From contig NC_073406.1 in NCBI RefSeq assembly GCF_028641065.1, positions 6,014,001 to 6,078,000 on the forward strand: 64,000 nucleotides of DNA, written 5' to 3'. The notes below the pieces were generated by a model that was not told where the DNA came from, did not search any database, and saw only the letters and a program-made list of their open reading frames with translations. This stretch comes from Leucoraja erinacea. Taxonomy: Eukaryota. Positions within the stretch are counted from its first letter, which is position 1; every line of letters begins with the position of its first letter. The translations under genes and the position numbers were made by a program. Positions 62,891 to 64,000 of this stretch are shown here, piece after piece.

Positions 62891-63357
62891 TTTGTTTAAG
62901 AAGGAACAGCAGATGCTGGAAAATCGAAGGTACACAAAAAAAGCTGGAGAAACTCAGCGGGTGCAGCAGCATCAATGGAGCGAAGGAAATAGGCAATGTT
63001 TTGGGCCGAAACCCGGAAGATTCAAACAAGGGGACATGACATGAGAATTAAGGGACAGAAGTTTAGGGGTAACATGAGGGGGGACTTCTTTACTCAGAGA
63101 GTGGTAGCTGTGTGGAATGACCTTCCAGTGAAGGTGGTGGAGGCAGGTTCGTTTTTATCATTTAAAAATAAATTGGATAGTTATATGGATGGGAAGGGAA
63201 TGGAGGGTTATGGTCTGAGCGCAGGTATATGGGACTAGGGGAGATTATGTGTTCGGCACGGACTAGAAGGGTCGAGATGGCCTGTTTCCGTGCTGTAATT
63301 GTTATATGGTTATATGCTGCTGCACCCGCTGAGATTCTCCAGATTTTTTGTGTACCT
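62891..63357. mobile_element. Composite insertion: mini-element arm, CR1-type LINE 3' end, inverted mini-element arm, with 14-bp TSD
   Basis: CAGGTAACTGAATA at 62877-62890 and 63358-63371; internal TRGHDMRIKGQKFRGNMRGDFFTQRVVAVWN. Confidence 0.8.
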
Positions 63358-64000
63358 CAGGTAACTGAATAATTAGATTGGCATGAGATGGTGAAATGGA
63401 ACATGGTGTTATTTCAGTCTTCCTCATGGGCCTGTTTTTGTTTCAGCAAAGTAGATGAAATGTTACTGGATTGGGCTATTTATAATTCTAAAGGAAAAGG
63501 ACTGATTGGATAGACTCTGACTGGTTCTAATGATAGAGAGATTTAGAATAAGGGACATGCAGAAACAAGGAACTGCAAATGCGGACAAACAAAAAAGGAC
63601 GCAGTGCTGGCGTAACTCAGTGGGTCAGGCAGCATCTTTGGAGAACATGGATAGGTGACGCTTCAGAGTGGGACCTATCTTCGTAAACAATTAAAATCTT
63701 GAAATATGCTTAATTACATGAAATAGAAAGTTCTATTTACCTTTTAGCAGGCTTTCAACTTCTCCTTCAAATGCGTTTTAATTTGTATATTTCATTCATT
63801 AGTTTCCATATCTGTGTCACGTTCAGTGGGCAGTCTTCCTAGCCTGAACACTGTAAAATCTTCCTTTGACTATCCTGGGCAGGTGAAATGTTGCATATAG
63901 CTCATTCTCATGTTTTGCCCAGATACAGGCTTGCCTGCTAGATTATATGCCAACAGATCTGCCCATTGTATATATATATTTACATCTCCTTAGATTGTTG

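Overview
Vertebrate genomic DNA, most likely a cartilaginous fish (skate/ray, inferred from HER1/CR1-type LINE tails and HE1/V-SINE-like SINEs). I reconstructed three spliced genes by hand from GT-AG boundaries and exon phases. (1) NOL9, the polynucleotide 5'-hydroxyl kinase, on the minus strand: 10 coding exons at 203-12330, with the 3' end running off the window start. (2) A complete 9-exon, ~502-aa ZPBP/sp38-family gene on the plus strand (18404-31963). Unlike mammalian ZPBP1/2, it continues into a full Cys-rich ephrin-receptor-like repeat, a transmembrane helix and a cytoplasmic tail. (3) The first four coding exons of MXRA8 on the plus strand (49781-62879), including a 27-nt microexon. 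The rest is repeat-rich: CR1/HER1, Rex1/Babar, L2/Crack LINE fragments, V-SINEs, Harbinger-like and hAT MITEs, a Helitron end and two Penelope remnants. The most striking non-coding signal is a ~100-250 bp Penelope-terminus-derived mini-element, present many times. It carries a minimal hammerhead-ribozyme core (CTGAAGA-AGGGTCTCGACCC-GAAAC-GTC), occurs singly or as inverted hairpins, and is flanked by 10-17 bp direct repeats; one such duplication copies an MXRA8 splice donor. Repeat boundaries are approximate and family names are from recall, not database searches.
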